Source: an uncultured virus (IMG/VR IMGVR_UViG_3300009194_000004) (Duplodnaviria > Heunggongvirae > Uroviricota > Caudoviricetes). Taken from it: a stretch of DNA of 64,000 nucleotides. How positions within the stretch are numbered: the stretch's first letter is position 1; every line of letters begins with the position of its first letter. Positions 40,390 to 50,190 of this stretch are shown here, in pieces. The DNA is taken from the IMG/VR virus record IMGVR_UViG_3300009194_000004, positions 62,001 to 126,000 of that record; one strand, given 5' to 3'. The position numbers were made by a program, and so were the translations under genes. The notes under the pieces were generated by a model. That model was not told the DNA's origin, did no database searches, and saw only the letters and a program-made list of their open reading frames with translations.

Positions 40390-41277
40390 TTACACAACCG
40401 ATGCGCCATCGACGTCCTGTTCACCCAACGTGGGTTCAACACCACCAACATCCAGTGTGAACTCGGCACCGTTGGTTGAGTAACCCAGCGCGTGGTACGT
40501 GGATACGTGGACATTGACTTGTGCGGCAATGACTTCGTTGTACGTGAAGTTGCCAGCACCGCCACTGCTGCCCGATACTTCCTTATCCACACCAGAGACC
40601 AGGGCCAGTTCAGAAATGACCGGAGACCGAGTGGAACCGGTGCGAATCCGATGGGCATTCAGGATCTCTTCGATGTCCTTAGGCCCCAAGGCCACCGTCA
40701 CTACCGCCGAAGCGGATTCGGACGAGTTCGAACCAACAACCATACCGGAATTCGGAACTTTGGGACGCTGTGGGTTGAGGTTGTCAGTGGTAGGTACAAA
40801 CGGAGTGACGGTCGCGACGCCGTCCACAATCTCAACGCGCTGCAGTTGCGCGTTCACCTGGGTCATGTCAATCCGACGCAGGTAGTAGGCGATGTACTGA
40901 CGACCATTGTGGGATTCCTGTACCCGCAGGGCGTACCGACTACGTTCGTGGGCCGGGAGGTCGTCGTTCATTTCACGCAATACAAACGGAATCTGTCCGT
41001 ACAGCGCAGCGTCGGTGGCGCGATGTACAATGGGGACTGTTTCGTCACTGCCGTCGTCGGCTTTCACCGTCGCGTGACCGAGGTTGCCAATGGCCAAGTA
41101 CCGCATGCTTGGCACTTGATGACTTTCAGGTGCCACGCCGGACTGTACATTGAACCGTTCATTCAGTGTTGTGTTGGGTACCAACTTGAACGGCAGGCCC
41201 AGATTTTTGATGGTTTGCAGAAAGGTACCATACACCGTTCGGGTGATACCAATGATTTCCTGATCGATAGCTGCCAT
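40390..41277 (-). CDS. Virion structural/baseplate protein (phiKZ gp139-like)
   Basis: NTTLNERF, YLAIGNLGH, PFVLR...DL, ISELALVSGVD; adjacent to RuvC as in phiKZ-like phages. Confidence 0.65.
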   Translation of the reverse strand: MAAIDQEIIGITRTVYGTFLQTIKNLGLPFKLVPNTTLNERFNVQSGVAPESHQVPSMRYLAIGNLGHATVKADDGSDETVPIVHRATDAALYGQIPFVLREMNDDLPAHERSRYALRVQESHNGRQYIAYYLRRIDMTQVNAQLQRVEIVDGVATVTPFVPTTDNLNPQRPKVPNSGMVVGSNSSESASAVVTVALGPKDIEEILNAHRIRTGSTRSPVISELALVSGVDKEVSGSSGGAGNFTYNEVIAAQVNVHVSTYHALGYSTNGAEFTLDVGGVEPTLGEQDVDGASVV

Positions 41278-41440
41278 TGTCTTAAGACTCCGTAATAAGT
41301 GGTCGTTCACACACGATTATACTACCTGGGTAGAACTACCCAGTGCGTGGGTGTGATGTGGAATACAGCGCCATGACGTCAAGAAACAAAAACAACGGAC
41401 ATACCGCTCATGTCATTCGCCTTTTCCTAAATGAGAATTG

Positions 41441-41710
41441 TCATAAGATATGGCATTGTAAGGACCGACTATGCGGAAATACTGGCGGATCAATGATCCG
41501 CCAGAGATCAGTCAAAGTGAACATCGCCGTCATCAATTCTTCATGGATTCGGTAGAGTTCGGGTGTTCCCCAGTATTTTAGAGGAAGATTGTTTTTGTCG
41601 TTGAGTTTATTGGACACGAGCAGACACTCAGTCACGGCTTGTTCCAAGTCACACTCACTGCTTAGGTCGTGGATTTCAATGTGCGTAGGTCATAAGGCTT
41701 CTTTGCTCAT
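41441..41710 (-). pseudogene. Small ORF interrupted by one in-frame TGA (pseudogene or readthrough)
   Basis: ATG 41710 overlaps the upstream stop (ATGA) and has an AGGAG RBS; reads MSKEAL*PTHIEIHDLSSECDLEQAVTEC...; TGA at 41692-41690. Confidence 0.45.
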
Positions 41711-42126
41711 ATCTCTCCTAACTCCTCTTTACAATAGCCGATGATAACCGAGTACAGTACTGTTGCTTTGAAGGAAGTGGTCAGAACCGCCGGTATCAGA
41801 GTATCGTAGACGACCGCCGTTTCTTCGTTGTAAGGTGTGAAATGGTCGTCGTCGTGGAGTAGTTGCGGGTGAGATAAAACCGAATAAAAGTTATTGTCGT
41901 ATTGTTTTGAAATATAATCGGCGTAACAAATCGCCACGATGTAGCTCTTCGCCGGGAACTCCAACGCTTCGACGTCACCATTGATCATGTTCAACGCACT
42001 GACAATCACATTGGGGTTATACGATCCCCCAAAGTAATCGGTTTTATTGCCTTCCCGATGAAAGCGTCTAAGACGGTCTAGCCAACCACCATTCAATGAG
42101 TGATTTGTACCCACTGCATTCGCCAT
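41707..42126 (-). CDS. Hypothetical protein of the radical SAM island
   Basis: FPAKSYIVAICYA...LLHDDDHF.PY; overlaps the upstream rSAM gene; start uncertain. Confidence 0.75.
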   Translation of the reverse strand: MANAVGTNHSLNGGWLDRLRRFHREGNKTDYFGGSYNPNVIVSALNMINGDVEALEFPAKSYIVAICYADYISKQYDNNFYSVLSHPQLLHDDDHFTPYNEETAVVYDTLIPAVLTTSFKATVLYSVIIGYCKEELGEI

Positions 42127-42967
42127 CCAATCCTTCCTTTCGTCGATAGTGTTCTGTCAAACATGTACCCTTAAACTCACACGAGCGACACACATCCGAA
42201 AGCAGGGTGTGTTTTTCTTTTTGGGTCCATTCAAGGTACGCATTGAAATCCGGGAGTTCCAGGAAAAACTCCCGATCGGCGTCGTCGAACTCCAAGACCC
42301 CAAAATTGCCATTTGGAGTGATGTAGACATGGTCGTCCGAGAACGCGTTACGGACACCGTCAGCGACGTCGTTCAATAATGCTGTGTTACGTAGCTGGCT
42401 GTTTGGAAAACCCATTACCCAGCGTTTCACGTACTCTACAAAGGCATTGTTTGTATTACCTCGATCATTGGCCTGATTGGGACTGTAAGGTTTGATTTCC
42501 ACCGAGTTCAAGTTCGCTAACGACCGGATCAATTCGATTTGCTGATCGACGTCACCGGCCATCACTTCCGGCGTGGCCAAAACAATGACGTTTATCGGAC
42601 GTGAAAACACCAACATGTTTGTGAAAACTTGTTCATGGTGGGGCCGGTGGTCAAAGTCATACGAGACGTTGACGTCGATATCGTCGTCGTATAGCCATTC
42701 CGACATTTGGTAGAAATTGGTGGTTATGGAAATGGGACCATCGTAATATCGCCGAACGACCCCCTTTAGATCATGGACGTACGTCTGATCCAACAGGGTC
42801 ACTTCACCACCATAAATCTCAACGGCTTCAATTTCGGGGAGTTCCGAGAGACGATGGTCCAGGTGTGTCAAATCCAACACGCGTCGAGACCGGAGCTGGT
42901 CTTCGGTTAAATAACAGTTCGCACATCGGAAATTACATCGGTACAAAGGGTTTATCGATACGATCAT
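42068..42967 (-). CDS. Radical SAM enzyme with C-terminal Cys cluster
   Basis: CNFRCANC, YGGE, C-terminal CRSCEFKGTC...C. Confidence 0.9.
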   Translation of the reverse strand: MIVSINPLYRCNFRCANCYLTEDQLRSRRVLDLTHLDHRLSELPEIEAVEIYGGEVTLLDQTYVHDLKGVVRRYYDGPISITTNFYQMSEWLYDDDIDVNVSYDFDHRPHHEQVFTNMLVFSRPINVIVLATPEVMAGDVDQQIELIRSLANLNSVEIKPYSPNQANDRGNTNNAFVEYVKRWVMGFPNSQLRNTALLNDVADGVRNAFSDDHVYITPNGNFGVLEFDDADREFFLELPDFNAYLEWTQKEKHTLLSDVCRSCEFKGTCLTEHYRRKEGLDGECSGYKSLIEWWLARPS

Positions 42968-42989
42968 TTAACACCCCATGATAGAGAGG

Positions 42990-43580
42990 TTAGTAACCTG
43001 TGGGGTGACCAAAGAACAGATCGCATGCTATCGACATACGCATAACCCCAGGACTGGGTTTTACGTAGTGTCCCAGATAACTTGGGAACACGTAAACCGT
43101 ATCGGCTTCGGGCGTTATTTGGTAGTTGGCAAAGTGGTTTTTCGTTATGTCCCACTCATAACCACGACCGGCACAACCACGTGGGTCGACGAGAACCAGA
43201 TTCCCTGGATTGGGAATCAGATAGAAAACAGCACTCACTTGAGCCCCGTTATGCACGTGCAGATCAAGACCGTCATTATTCTGACTATAAATACACCACA
43301 TGCTGGTTCTATAGTCTTTGTCGTTCAGCGTAATGCCGAACTCTTCTTGAACGTAACGGAGCAATGCGGGTAGTATAACGTCGTCGTGCAGTTTGCTCAA
43401 CGTAGGCCGTTCGGCGGGGTCGTATAAGTCAACCCTACTACCATACGCATTGTTATTGCTGTCCTCGTTGATCCCCATGGAAAATATCTCGCCGATGGCG
43501 ACGTCTATATCCACATCGTGATCCTCGATGTGGTCTTTGTGGATCACGGTTTTCCAAGGTTCTATGCGCTCGTATGCCAT
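42990..43580 (-). CDS. 2OG-Fe(II) oxygenase (TIGR02466-like)
   Basis: HVH...SAVFYL...LVDPR...FPSYLGHYV...RMSIA. Confidence 0.85.
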   Translation of the reverse strand: MAYERIEPWKTVIHKDHIEDHDVDIDVAIGEIFSMGINEDSNNNAYGSRVDLYDPAERPTLSKLHDDVILPALLRYVQEEFGITLNDKDYRTSMWCIYSQNNDGLDLHVHNGAQVSAVFYLIPNPGNLVLVDPRGCAGRGYEWDITKNHFANYQITPEADTVYVFPSYLGHYVKPSPGVMRMSIACDLFFGHPTGY

Positions 43581-43589
43581 TGTCGTCCC

Positions 43590-44282
43590 CTATGGGTTTT
43601 TGAACGTGGGGTCGCCTGGAAGTAGGTACTGTTTTATTTTGATCACTTCCAACGTGGATGCATCAAACAGACAACCAAACGCCCGTTTCTTTCGTGTGGT
43701 ATCACCGTCATTCGGTGGCGCAACATTAAAAAAGGTACCTATTTCCTTCCCAGTCAGGTCGGTGTAAAAATAGATGTCCCGGAAACGAAGTAATCGTTCA
43801 TCGTTTAAATGTAAACCTACACCGAAATAGTCGATTGGTACACACCCAGGCGGTAGCCGTGGGTATTGATGTCGTGCGATGTTGAGGTCGTACACCTTTA
43901 ATGCTTTTTGTTGCGTCTCCAATTGTAGCTTTAACGTGTAGGACGTACCTTGAACAAAACCCTCGGGTAGCTCACAATCAAACAATGGGGCGACCTGAGC
44001 AACGTCACACCGACGGTACGATATCGAAATAGTGTCTTCGGGGTAGTTGGTATTGTTTTTGCGGGTAAGGCCGATCAACTCCCAATTCTTCAATTCCGGC
44101 CACGGACTGGCTAAGATTTCAGGACTGTGTTCGATAGCCATATTGAACAAGGGTAGTACCGGTTCTGATAACACGGGGAAGTTGGGACGGTAGGTATTCT
44201 CGGACAACCCATTGGAATCAAGGGTGATTTCCTTTGCAGTCGGGTCGACCCCATCGATGTTAGTCAAAGAAACATTAGACAT
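43590..44282 (-). CDS. Hypothetical protein of the radical SAM island
   Basis: 230-aa ORF overlapping the upstream rSAM stop. Confidence 0.75.
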   Translation of the reverse strand: MSNVSLTNIDGVDPTAKEITLDSNGLSENTYRPNFPVLSEPVLPLFNMAIEHSPEILASPWPELKNWELIGLTRKNNTNYPEDTISISYRRCDVAQVAPLFDCELPEGFVQGTSYTLKLQLETQQKALKVYDLNIARHQYPRLPPGCVPIDYFGVGLHLNDERLLRFRDIYFYTDLTGKEIGTFFNVAPPNDGDTTRKKRAFGCLFDASTLEVIKIKQYLLPGDPTFKNP

Positions 44283-45309
44283 TTCTTACCTCAATCAAAT
44301 CGACAATACCAACTTCACTAGCTTGATTCAGTTCCGCTTCCAACGCTTTCATCTTACTGCAATGTTCGTCAACCCGACAACTTTCCTGTGTATCCATGAT
44401 CGTTTTCCGACATCCGTTACACAAACTGAAGAGTGAACATCCCCAACAGTCGTCATGCATGGACAGGTATAACATCGAATCCTGAAGAGGTGTGGTGATT
44501 GCGTCACTGGCCATCTCATTTTCAAAATCAATCGGAAACATGTCATCGTCACCAAATGCACCACAACTGTAATACGACCCGTCGGGATGTAGGTTACGAA
44601 TTCCTTTATCGCAGTCACGACTTATGGGACATGTCGTCTTAAGTCCGCCCAAGGAACGTATGAACTGCTGTGTGTTGTATTCCCATGGAGTCAACCCCGC
44701 CTTATGTATTTCGAGGTATTTGGCGTAAATGTCCCCCATCAAATAAGAAATACTTTGACGCCCGCTGGCGAATGCCCAATTAAGCTTACACACTACGCCC
44801 ATTTTTTTGGCCAGTCTGACATTATCCAAGGCGCGTTGAACGTTACTCTCGTCTATCACTGAGATGAAATCTGGACGGTACCCGACCCGCTCTAAGAACA
44901 GGTCACTGACTGCCCAAAAGTCCTCTTCTAAAAACACCCGTGTACGAGTAATTAATCGACTGTCACCGTAATGGAAGGACGTCCCCACCCCGATTTGTGG
45001 GTGGCGAAACAGCTCAGTCCATTTGTCGGGCCGCTTATAAAAGTCCCACAAGTTGGTCGTGAAGCTGACAATGGTTTCGGTCATGCCGCGTTCTTCCAAC
45101 AGCTTGAGGATATCCCAATAATAGTCGGGCCTGAGCATCAACGGATCACCACCGTTAACAATGATCGTTTGGGTGTTCGGAAACCGATCCAGAAAGCGAG
45201 CAATATAGTCCAGATTGAGAACGTCTTTCTTATCGTCGGTTATGTTGGTGGAGCTGCAGAACGTGCAGGCGAAGTTACAAAGTTCCGTTGGTTTGATGAT
45301 CAGATCCAC
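44275..45309 (-). CDS. Radical SAM/SPASM enzyme
   Basis: IIKPTELCNFACTFC, GGDP, C.....C...PDG.YYSC, CWGCSLFSLCNGC; GTG start with AGGAG RBS. Confidence 0.9.
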   Translation of the reverse strand: MDLIIKPTELCNFACTFCSSTNITDDKKDVLNLDYIARFLDRFPNTQTIIVNGGDPLMLRPDYYWDILKLLEERGMTETIVSFTTNLWDFYKRPDKWTELFRHPQIGVGTSFHYGDSRLITRTRVFLEEDFWAVSDLFLERVGYRPDFISVIDESNVQRALDNVRLAKKMGVVCKLNWAFASGRQSISYLMGDIYAKYLEIHKAGLTPWEYNTQQFIRSLGGLKTTCPISRDCDKGIRNLHPDGSYYSCGAFGDDDMFPIDFENEMASDAITTPLQDSMLYLSMHDDCWGCSLFSLCNGCRKTIMDTQESCRVDEHCSKMKALEAELNQASEVGIVDLIEVRNV

Positions 45310-45374
45310 GGGTAAACTCCTGTTCGGTATTGGATGACTATATAGTTAGACGTCGGCGTTGAAAACAACCACAC

Positions 45375-45416
45375 ACAGCATAAAACCACGGCCTCAGGTA
45401 CCGTGGTTTTATGTCA
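45375..45416. terminator. Terminator-like dispersed palindrome inside the rSAM island
   Basis: CATAAAACCACGG-cctcaggta-CCGTGGTTTTATG. Confidence 0.75.
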
Positions 45417-46397
45417 CCATTGGTTTACTTTGGCGATTGTTTCCTTCGGTAAAACACACTCGGTGATTCCATAATCTTCCATGATTGACAACACGCGATG
45501 GTCCAGACACGTCGGCAGAAACGGACACTCGCCACACTCTTTCGTTTTGGTGGTGTAAGCGTACTGTTCTAAGATGACGGCGTCGTACTTCTTACGATAG
45601 TCCTCTACCCCGTCAACCCGGTACCGGTCACGGATTTGTATCAAATCTTCGTAAACGATGGGGATGGCGTAAAACTCATTCTCATAAAAAATGATTACGC
45701 GTTCTAGTTTGTCGTGCGGACTCACCACATCGACGTGTTGGTCGACCATACAGCCGTCGTTAGTCGCCTGAGTGGTGACGGTCACAGATTTTAACCAGTT
45801 AAACGCGCGCCGGTACTGTTCTGGATCGTTACTGGTTCGAGCAAACGACAGATTAAAGTCCACACCTTGACCGTACTGTCTGAGGTAAAAGTTGTTCAAC
45901 GTTTCGTAGTTATCGACTACCAACGACTGACTCAAATTCAACTGTGGGTGCAGGTACAGGTTCGGGAACCGGGCTTTGACGTCCCGAACCTTCTCGGCAA
46001 TGACCGCATTGTAGCGTTCGTTCAGGTTCTTCGATTCCGGAATGACCACGTTGATCTGAAGTTCCTTCATACCAAGACGATCAAGGGCGTTCAATACCTG
46101 TAAGTCGGGTTTCACCATGGTGGAGTTGACAACCAGTCGATCAAACCTTTTGATTAATTCAGTCAACCGAATGTCATTCAGGATCTCCATCGTGTTGGTG
46201 GCGGTGAAGATATCGGTACTACCCAAAACGACCGCATATGGGTCGAGGTGTTCTAGGAACTCATAGGCCACGCGGTACATCTTATCCGTAGCTTTATTGG
46301 GGGAATCACGATCAACATGGCAACCCGCGCAATTGAATGCACAACCCGCTAAGATCTCCAACTGCAGTTCGAATGAGTTGAATTTTTCGATGTTCAC
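45414..46397 (-). CDS. Divergent radical SAM-fold protein
   Basis: CAFNCAGC and C-terminal CGECPFLPTC...C; the GGE motif appears replaced by LGST. Confidence 0.8.
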   Translation of the reverse strand: MNIEKFNSFELQLEILAGCAFNCAGCHVDRDSPNKATDKMYRVAYEFLEHLDPYAVVLGSTDIFTATNTMEILNDIRLTELIKRFDRLVVNSTMVKPDLQVLNALDRLGMKELQINVVIPESKNLNERYNAVIAEKVRDVKARFPNLYLHPQLNLSQSLVVDNYETLNNFYLRQYGQGVDFNLSFARTSNDPEQYRRAFNWLKSVTVTTQATNDGCMVDQHVDVVSPHDKLERVIIFYENEFYAIPIVYEDLIQIRDRYRVDGVEDYRKKYDAVILEQYAYTTKTKECGECPFLPTCLDHRVLSIMEDYGITECVLPKETIAKVNQW

Positions 46398-47398
46398 GAA
46401 ATCACTCCATAGAGTCGTTTAAACTCACAATGTTTGTTTGTGATGTTCACGTGGTCACTGTGTAGAAAACAACCCAACCCGCAACGCTGATAAAACTCAC
46501 AACTCAGGCACTCGCGTTCTTGAATGAACCGGACCTCGGACTCATGGATGTTGTCAACAACAGTCGGGTCCGATTTGAACTGGTCCCGATCGGCCAAAAT
46601 CCGACAAGAGCCCGTATGTCCTGTCGGAAGAATGATGAACGAACTCCGACAGGTCGCTGTGTTGTGGTGATTCTCACGAAACCCTTTGACTGGTTGACAT
46701 TCCGGATAGTGTTTATCCAACCACAGGAAAAAGTCAACCAGTTCAACATCACTGGGCTGTAAAATTTCAGCGTTATCTTCGGGTGAATAATAGTCAAAGA
46801 AAATCGGGTAGTCCTGGTAAAGTCGATCAAACACGACGTTGGAACCACGCATGAATCGTTCAATGTTAGGTCGGGTCAACACCACGGAAATGTTTGACAG
46901 CCAGGGTTTGAACTTGGCCAGGTTTTCCTCAAACAGTTTAAGCGTCTGAGAGTTAAACCGACCCGCAGCATCGTAAGACGTGCAAAAGGTGAACGGAATC
47001 AGCAGTTCTTCCAATGTCTTGATGAACCGCATCACCCGCTCGGCCTTCTCGAACACTAAGTTGGTCACGAAATTGATTTCACAGTGTTTAACTGATGTCA
47101 CTACCCGATGACAGAACTCTACATAGTCGTCGAATACTCGATCGGGGAGTTCGTCCATGAACAACTCCCCACCCATGACGTTCACACTGTAAAAATCGTG
47201 ATCGTTGGTGTTATTAATGACAACGCTTGCTTTCTCAACAATCTCATCAACACCAGTCCAGTCGCTGTGGTCCTGCCAACAAAACCCACAGCTAAGGTTG
47301 CAGCGCTCAAAGAAGTTGATGAAAAATTCTTTATTCTGTCCCCGCTTTGCTTCCACTATCTCCACCAGCGGTATCAGGTCCGGGTTGTTCGTGGCCAT
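46394..47398 (-). CDS. Radical SAM/SPASM enzyme
   Basis: CNLSCGFC, MGGE, C-terminal CLSCEFYQRCGLGC...C. Confidence 0.9.
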   Translation of the reverse strand: MATNNPDLIPLVEIVEAKRGQNKEFFINFFERCNLSCGFCWQDHSDWTGVDEIVEKASVVINNTNDHDFYSVNVMGGELFMDELPDRVFDDYVEFCHRVVTSVKHCEINFVTNLVFEKAERVMRFIKTLEELLIPFTFCTSYDAAGRFNSQTLKLFEENLAKFKPWLSNISVVLTRPNIERFMRGSNVVFDRLYQDYPIFFDYYSPEDNAEILQPSDVELVDFFLWLDKHYPECQPVKGFRENHHNTATCRSSFIILPTGHTGSCRILADRDQFKSDPTVVDNIHESEVRFIQERECLSCEFYQRCGLGCFLHSDHVNITNKHCEFKRLYGVIS

Positions 47399-48083
47399 TG
47401 AGTATCTCCAAAGCGTATTTGTTTAAAAGCAACCAGTTGGGGTTTTCTTTATCCCCAACGAAGAAGTGAAACAGGTTCTTTCCGTTGAACATGTATTCTT
47501 CAAACTGGACAGGGAAATAAAACTGCCGGTAGTCCACCGCATCTCGGATAGAGAAAAACAACTCGAAGAACGAAGGAATCTCAAACAGCCAGACAACGTT
47601 AACACCGATATATTTCGGGTCGTTAATAACACCGTCATATCCCCGGAGATCTGGGTCTTTGTCATCGTCTATTGCTTTGATGTAGTCACAGTACTTGACC
47701 ATCGAAGAGCAGAACAAGAAATACCGGGCCAGCAGGTCGGAGTGTTCTTCAACAAATTCATCTAAGAATCCATCTGGGGTTTCGAATGTAGCGATCCCAG
47801 AGGTGTCCCCCTCCATGAAATGGATCAGTACCAACAACACAAGAACGTTGAGTTCTTCACACTTAAAGAGTGTGTTGATTTCCATGTAAACACTGAGTAA
47901 TTCTGAGAGTTCTTCTTTTGACAACGTCTCCACGTTGATCCGTGTTTTGACGTTCAGGTTTGCCAGGTAAAACACAAAGGGTTTCCCCTTTATTTTCGAA
48001 TTACTGTAATCGACAGTATACACTTTGTCGTTTTCGGCAATGACGTTGTGTAGGTCACTGATGGGGAGTGGTACGGTAATCAT
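47331..48083 (-). CDS. Hypothetical protein of the radical SAM island
   Basis: 250 aa; GAGG RBS; 68-nt overlap with the next rSAM gene. Confidence 0.8.
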   Translation of the reverse strand: MITVPLPISDLHNVIAENDKVYTVDYSNSKIKGKPFVFYLANLNVKTRINVETLSKEELSELLSVYMEINTLFKCEELNVLVLLVLIHFMEGDTSGIATFETPDGFLDEFVEEHSDLLARYFLFCSSMVKYCDYIKAIDDDKDPDLRGYDGVINDPKYIGVNVVWLFEIPSFFELFFSIRDAVDYRQFYFPVQFEEYMFNGKNLFHFFVGDKENPNWLLLNKYALEILNGHEQPGPDTAGGDSGSKAGTE

Positions 48084-48093
48084 GACGTTTGCC

Positions 48094-49128
48094 TCATCCG
48101 TTCAGATTCATTTGTTTCAACACGTCTCGGTCTGCGTGGTACAAGTACCCGATGAAATTGTTATTCATGTTATCCCGAAATTCCGTGCGACCAAAAATTT
48201 GACTACAGTGGGTATTTATATCCATGTTGACCAGGTCTCTGGCTTTCGTTACCGTGAACGAACCCTCAGGAAGAACCCTGAGTAGGTGGTTCAGGAATGG
48301 ATCGGTGGTTCCATTCTTCGCATGGACTTTTTCGACAAGCTCACGTATTTCCTTGTGGTGCCTTTTAATAAACGCCACATTCCCTGGGTGGTTATCTGGA
48401 TTGAACAGCACTGTGTCCTCCAGTGCTTCGATCTGGTCGTCGATATCGTCCCGTTCCAAGTCAATATCAAACCCAAAGTTTTGCTTTAGGTTGTAGATCC
48501 CATATAACAAGTCACGTCGCACGCCCACGAAGTCCCATGCCACTGATTTCCAGAGGATTGTTTCCATGCGCTCTACGAACGCGGATACGTAGCGATCAGA
48601 TGGGTCAAAATCAACCAAGAGAACATGCGCCAGTAAGTATTCAAAACTGATACGCTCTTTCAGTTCGGCTGGGACGGGGCGCGGTTCTACTTCCTCATAC
48701 CAAGCCCTTACAGCATCCAGGGTGGGGATTGTGATGTTTCGAAAACCGTCTTTTCGCGAACCTTTGGTACTGGTGCGACTTCCATGCTCGTACTTGTGGT
48801 TCACCGCATTCAGTTTCAAGAATCGATGTACCATCTCCACACTTGCCAGTGGGAATAAGGATCGCAGCCAGACCACCAAAAAGTAATTCAGGGAACGCTC
48901 GTCTATTAAAATGGTGGTCTTTTGTCCGATAGGCGTCAGGCATTCAACAAATGTGAATAGGTCACCAAAGTCTCTCTCGATTGCGTCGACCGACACAAAC
49001 TGATACAATGGCCTAGGGCCATGCGTTACACGACACTGTCCAAGTGGTCCTACATAGACCAAGTTGTTGCGACCTACATTTCCAGTGAAATCGTAATCAA
49101 TATAAACCTTATCCAACAAATGTAACAT
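48094..49128 (-). CDS. Hypothetical protein, paralog C of a tandem triplet
   Basis: MLHLLDKVYIDYDF; ISFEYLLAH; ME.ILW; FGR...N..FIGYLY. Confidence 0.85.
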   Translation of the reverse strand: MLHLLDKVYIDYDFTGNVGRNNLVYVGPLGQCRVTHGPRPLYQFVSVDAIERDFGDLFTFVECLTPIGQKTTILIDERSLNYFLVVWLRSLFPLASVEMVHRFLKLNAVNHKYEHGSRTSTKGSRKDGFRNITIPTLDAVRAWYEEVEPRPVPAELKERISFEYLLAHVLLVDFDPSDRYVSAFVERMETILWKSVAWDFVGVRRDLLYGIYNLKQNFGFDIDLERDDIDDQIEALEDTVLFNPDNHPGNVAFIKRHHKEIRELVEKVHAKNGTTDPFLNHLLRVLPEGSFTVTKARDLVNMDINTHCSQIFGRTEFRDNMNNNFIGYLYHADRDVLKQMNLNG

Positions 49129-49150
49129 TATTTTTTTTACCTGCCGTCAG

Positions 49151-50188
49151 TCAGCCGTTCATTTTGAAATACTTCAAGGTCTCCGGCGTCAGATTGTAAA
49201 GATAATTAACAAAGACGCCGTTCGTGTCTTTGGTCATCTTCTCTCGACCAAAAAGAAAAGACCAGAGTGATTCTCTGTCGACAGCCACCAGTTCTTTCAG
49301 AACACTCCCGGTGAATGGTCGTTCCGGGTCTAAAAGGTCAAACAAGAAACGCCGATACTGGTCACCGTACCCAAGAAGCTCATCCACTTTATCCATCATC
49401 TTTCTGATGTACGCGTAATCCGCTTTGACGACATCCACGTCTTTATAGGTTATTGCCGGGTCGAAAAACCGCTTAACCTCAGGCTGATTAAGTTGGTACT
49501 CGATATCATTTCGATCAAAATTAATCGGCAGACCAAGTGTTTTCTTCAACCTAAACCCATTGTAGAAAGCCGCCATTCGACGCTTAACAAAATCCCTAGC
49601 GCAGGATATCCACAACATGTGTTCAATTTTCTTAGAAAGTTGATCTACATGCGGGTCAGCGTCGTCAAAATCCACACTTAAGGAGTGAGCCAAGAGTGTT
49701 TCATAGCTCAGGTGTTTTTTGAGTTCCGAACAATACCCACTACCATGTTTCGAACCCGCGTAAAAGCGTTTCGTGTCGTCCAGTGTTGGAGCCGGAAGCT
49801 GGTCAGCGTAATGATCGTAAGCAAACCCCCTAACTCGAACAAAACGATGGTGTATGTAGAAGGTCCTCAGGATTGCGTGGATGATTTCCACCGGCATCTC
49901 AGGATACACCGCTCGATAGTGGGTCACCACTAGCTGGTACATGTCGTCAATGTCCAACATTAACCACACGTCGCCTTCAGTAAGAATCAATGTTTCCATG
50001 AATGTAGGTAGGTCGCCAAAAGCATCCAACGCTTCTTCGAGGTTGGTGAATTCCATGAGTCCTTCGGGATGGAATTCATTTTGAGTATGCGTACGGTCGT
50101 CCAGATAAATGTACGAGTCGGTTGGTTGTTTCAGGTCAACGCTCGTAAATGCAAAGTCCGCCCGGACGTCATCAATTAAGTGCAGCAT
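49151..50188 (-). CDS. Hypothetical protein, paralog B of a tandem triplet
   Basis: MLHLIDDVRADFAF; LSYETLLAH; IEHMLW; FGR...FVNYLY; AAGGA RBS before ATG 50188. Confidence 0.85.
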   Translation of the reverse strand: MLHLIDDVRADFAFTSVDLKQPTDSYIYLDDRTHTQNEFHPEGLMEFTNLEEALDAFGDLPTFMETLILTEGDVWLMLDIDDMYQLVVTHYRAVYPEMPVEIIHAILRTFYIHHRFVRVRGFAYDHYADQLPAPTLDDTKRFYAGSKHGSGYCSELKKHLSYETLLAHSLSVDFDDADPHVDQLSKKIEHMLWISCARDFVKRRMAAFYNGFRLKKTLGLPINFDRNDIEYQLNQPEVKRFFDPAITYKDVDVVKADYAYIRKMMDKVDELLGYGDQYRRFLFDLLDPERPFTGSVLKELVAVDRESLWSFLFGREKMTKDTNGVFVNYLYNLTPETLKYFKMNG

Positions 50189-50190
50189 GG

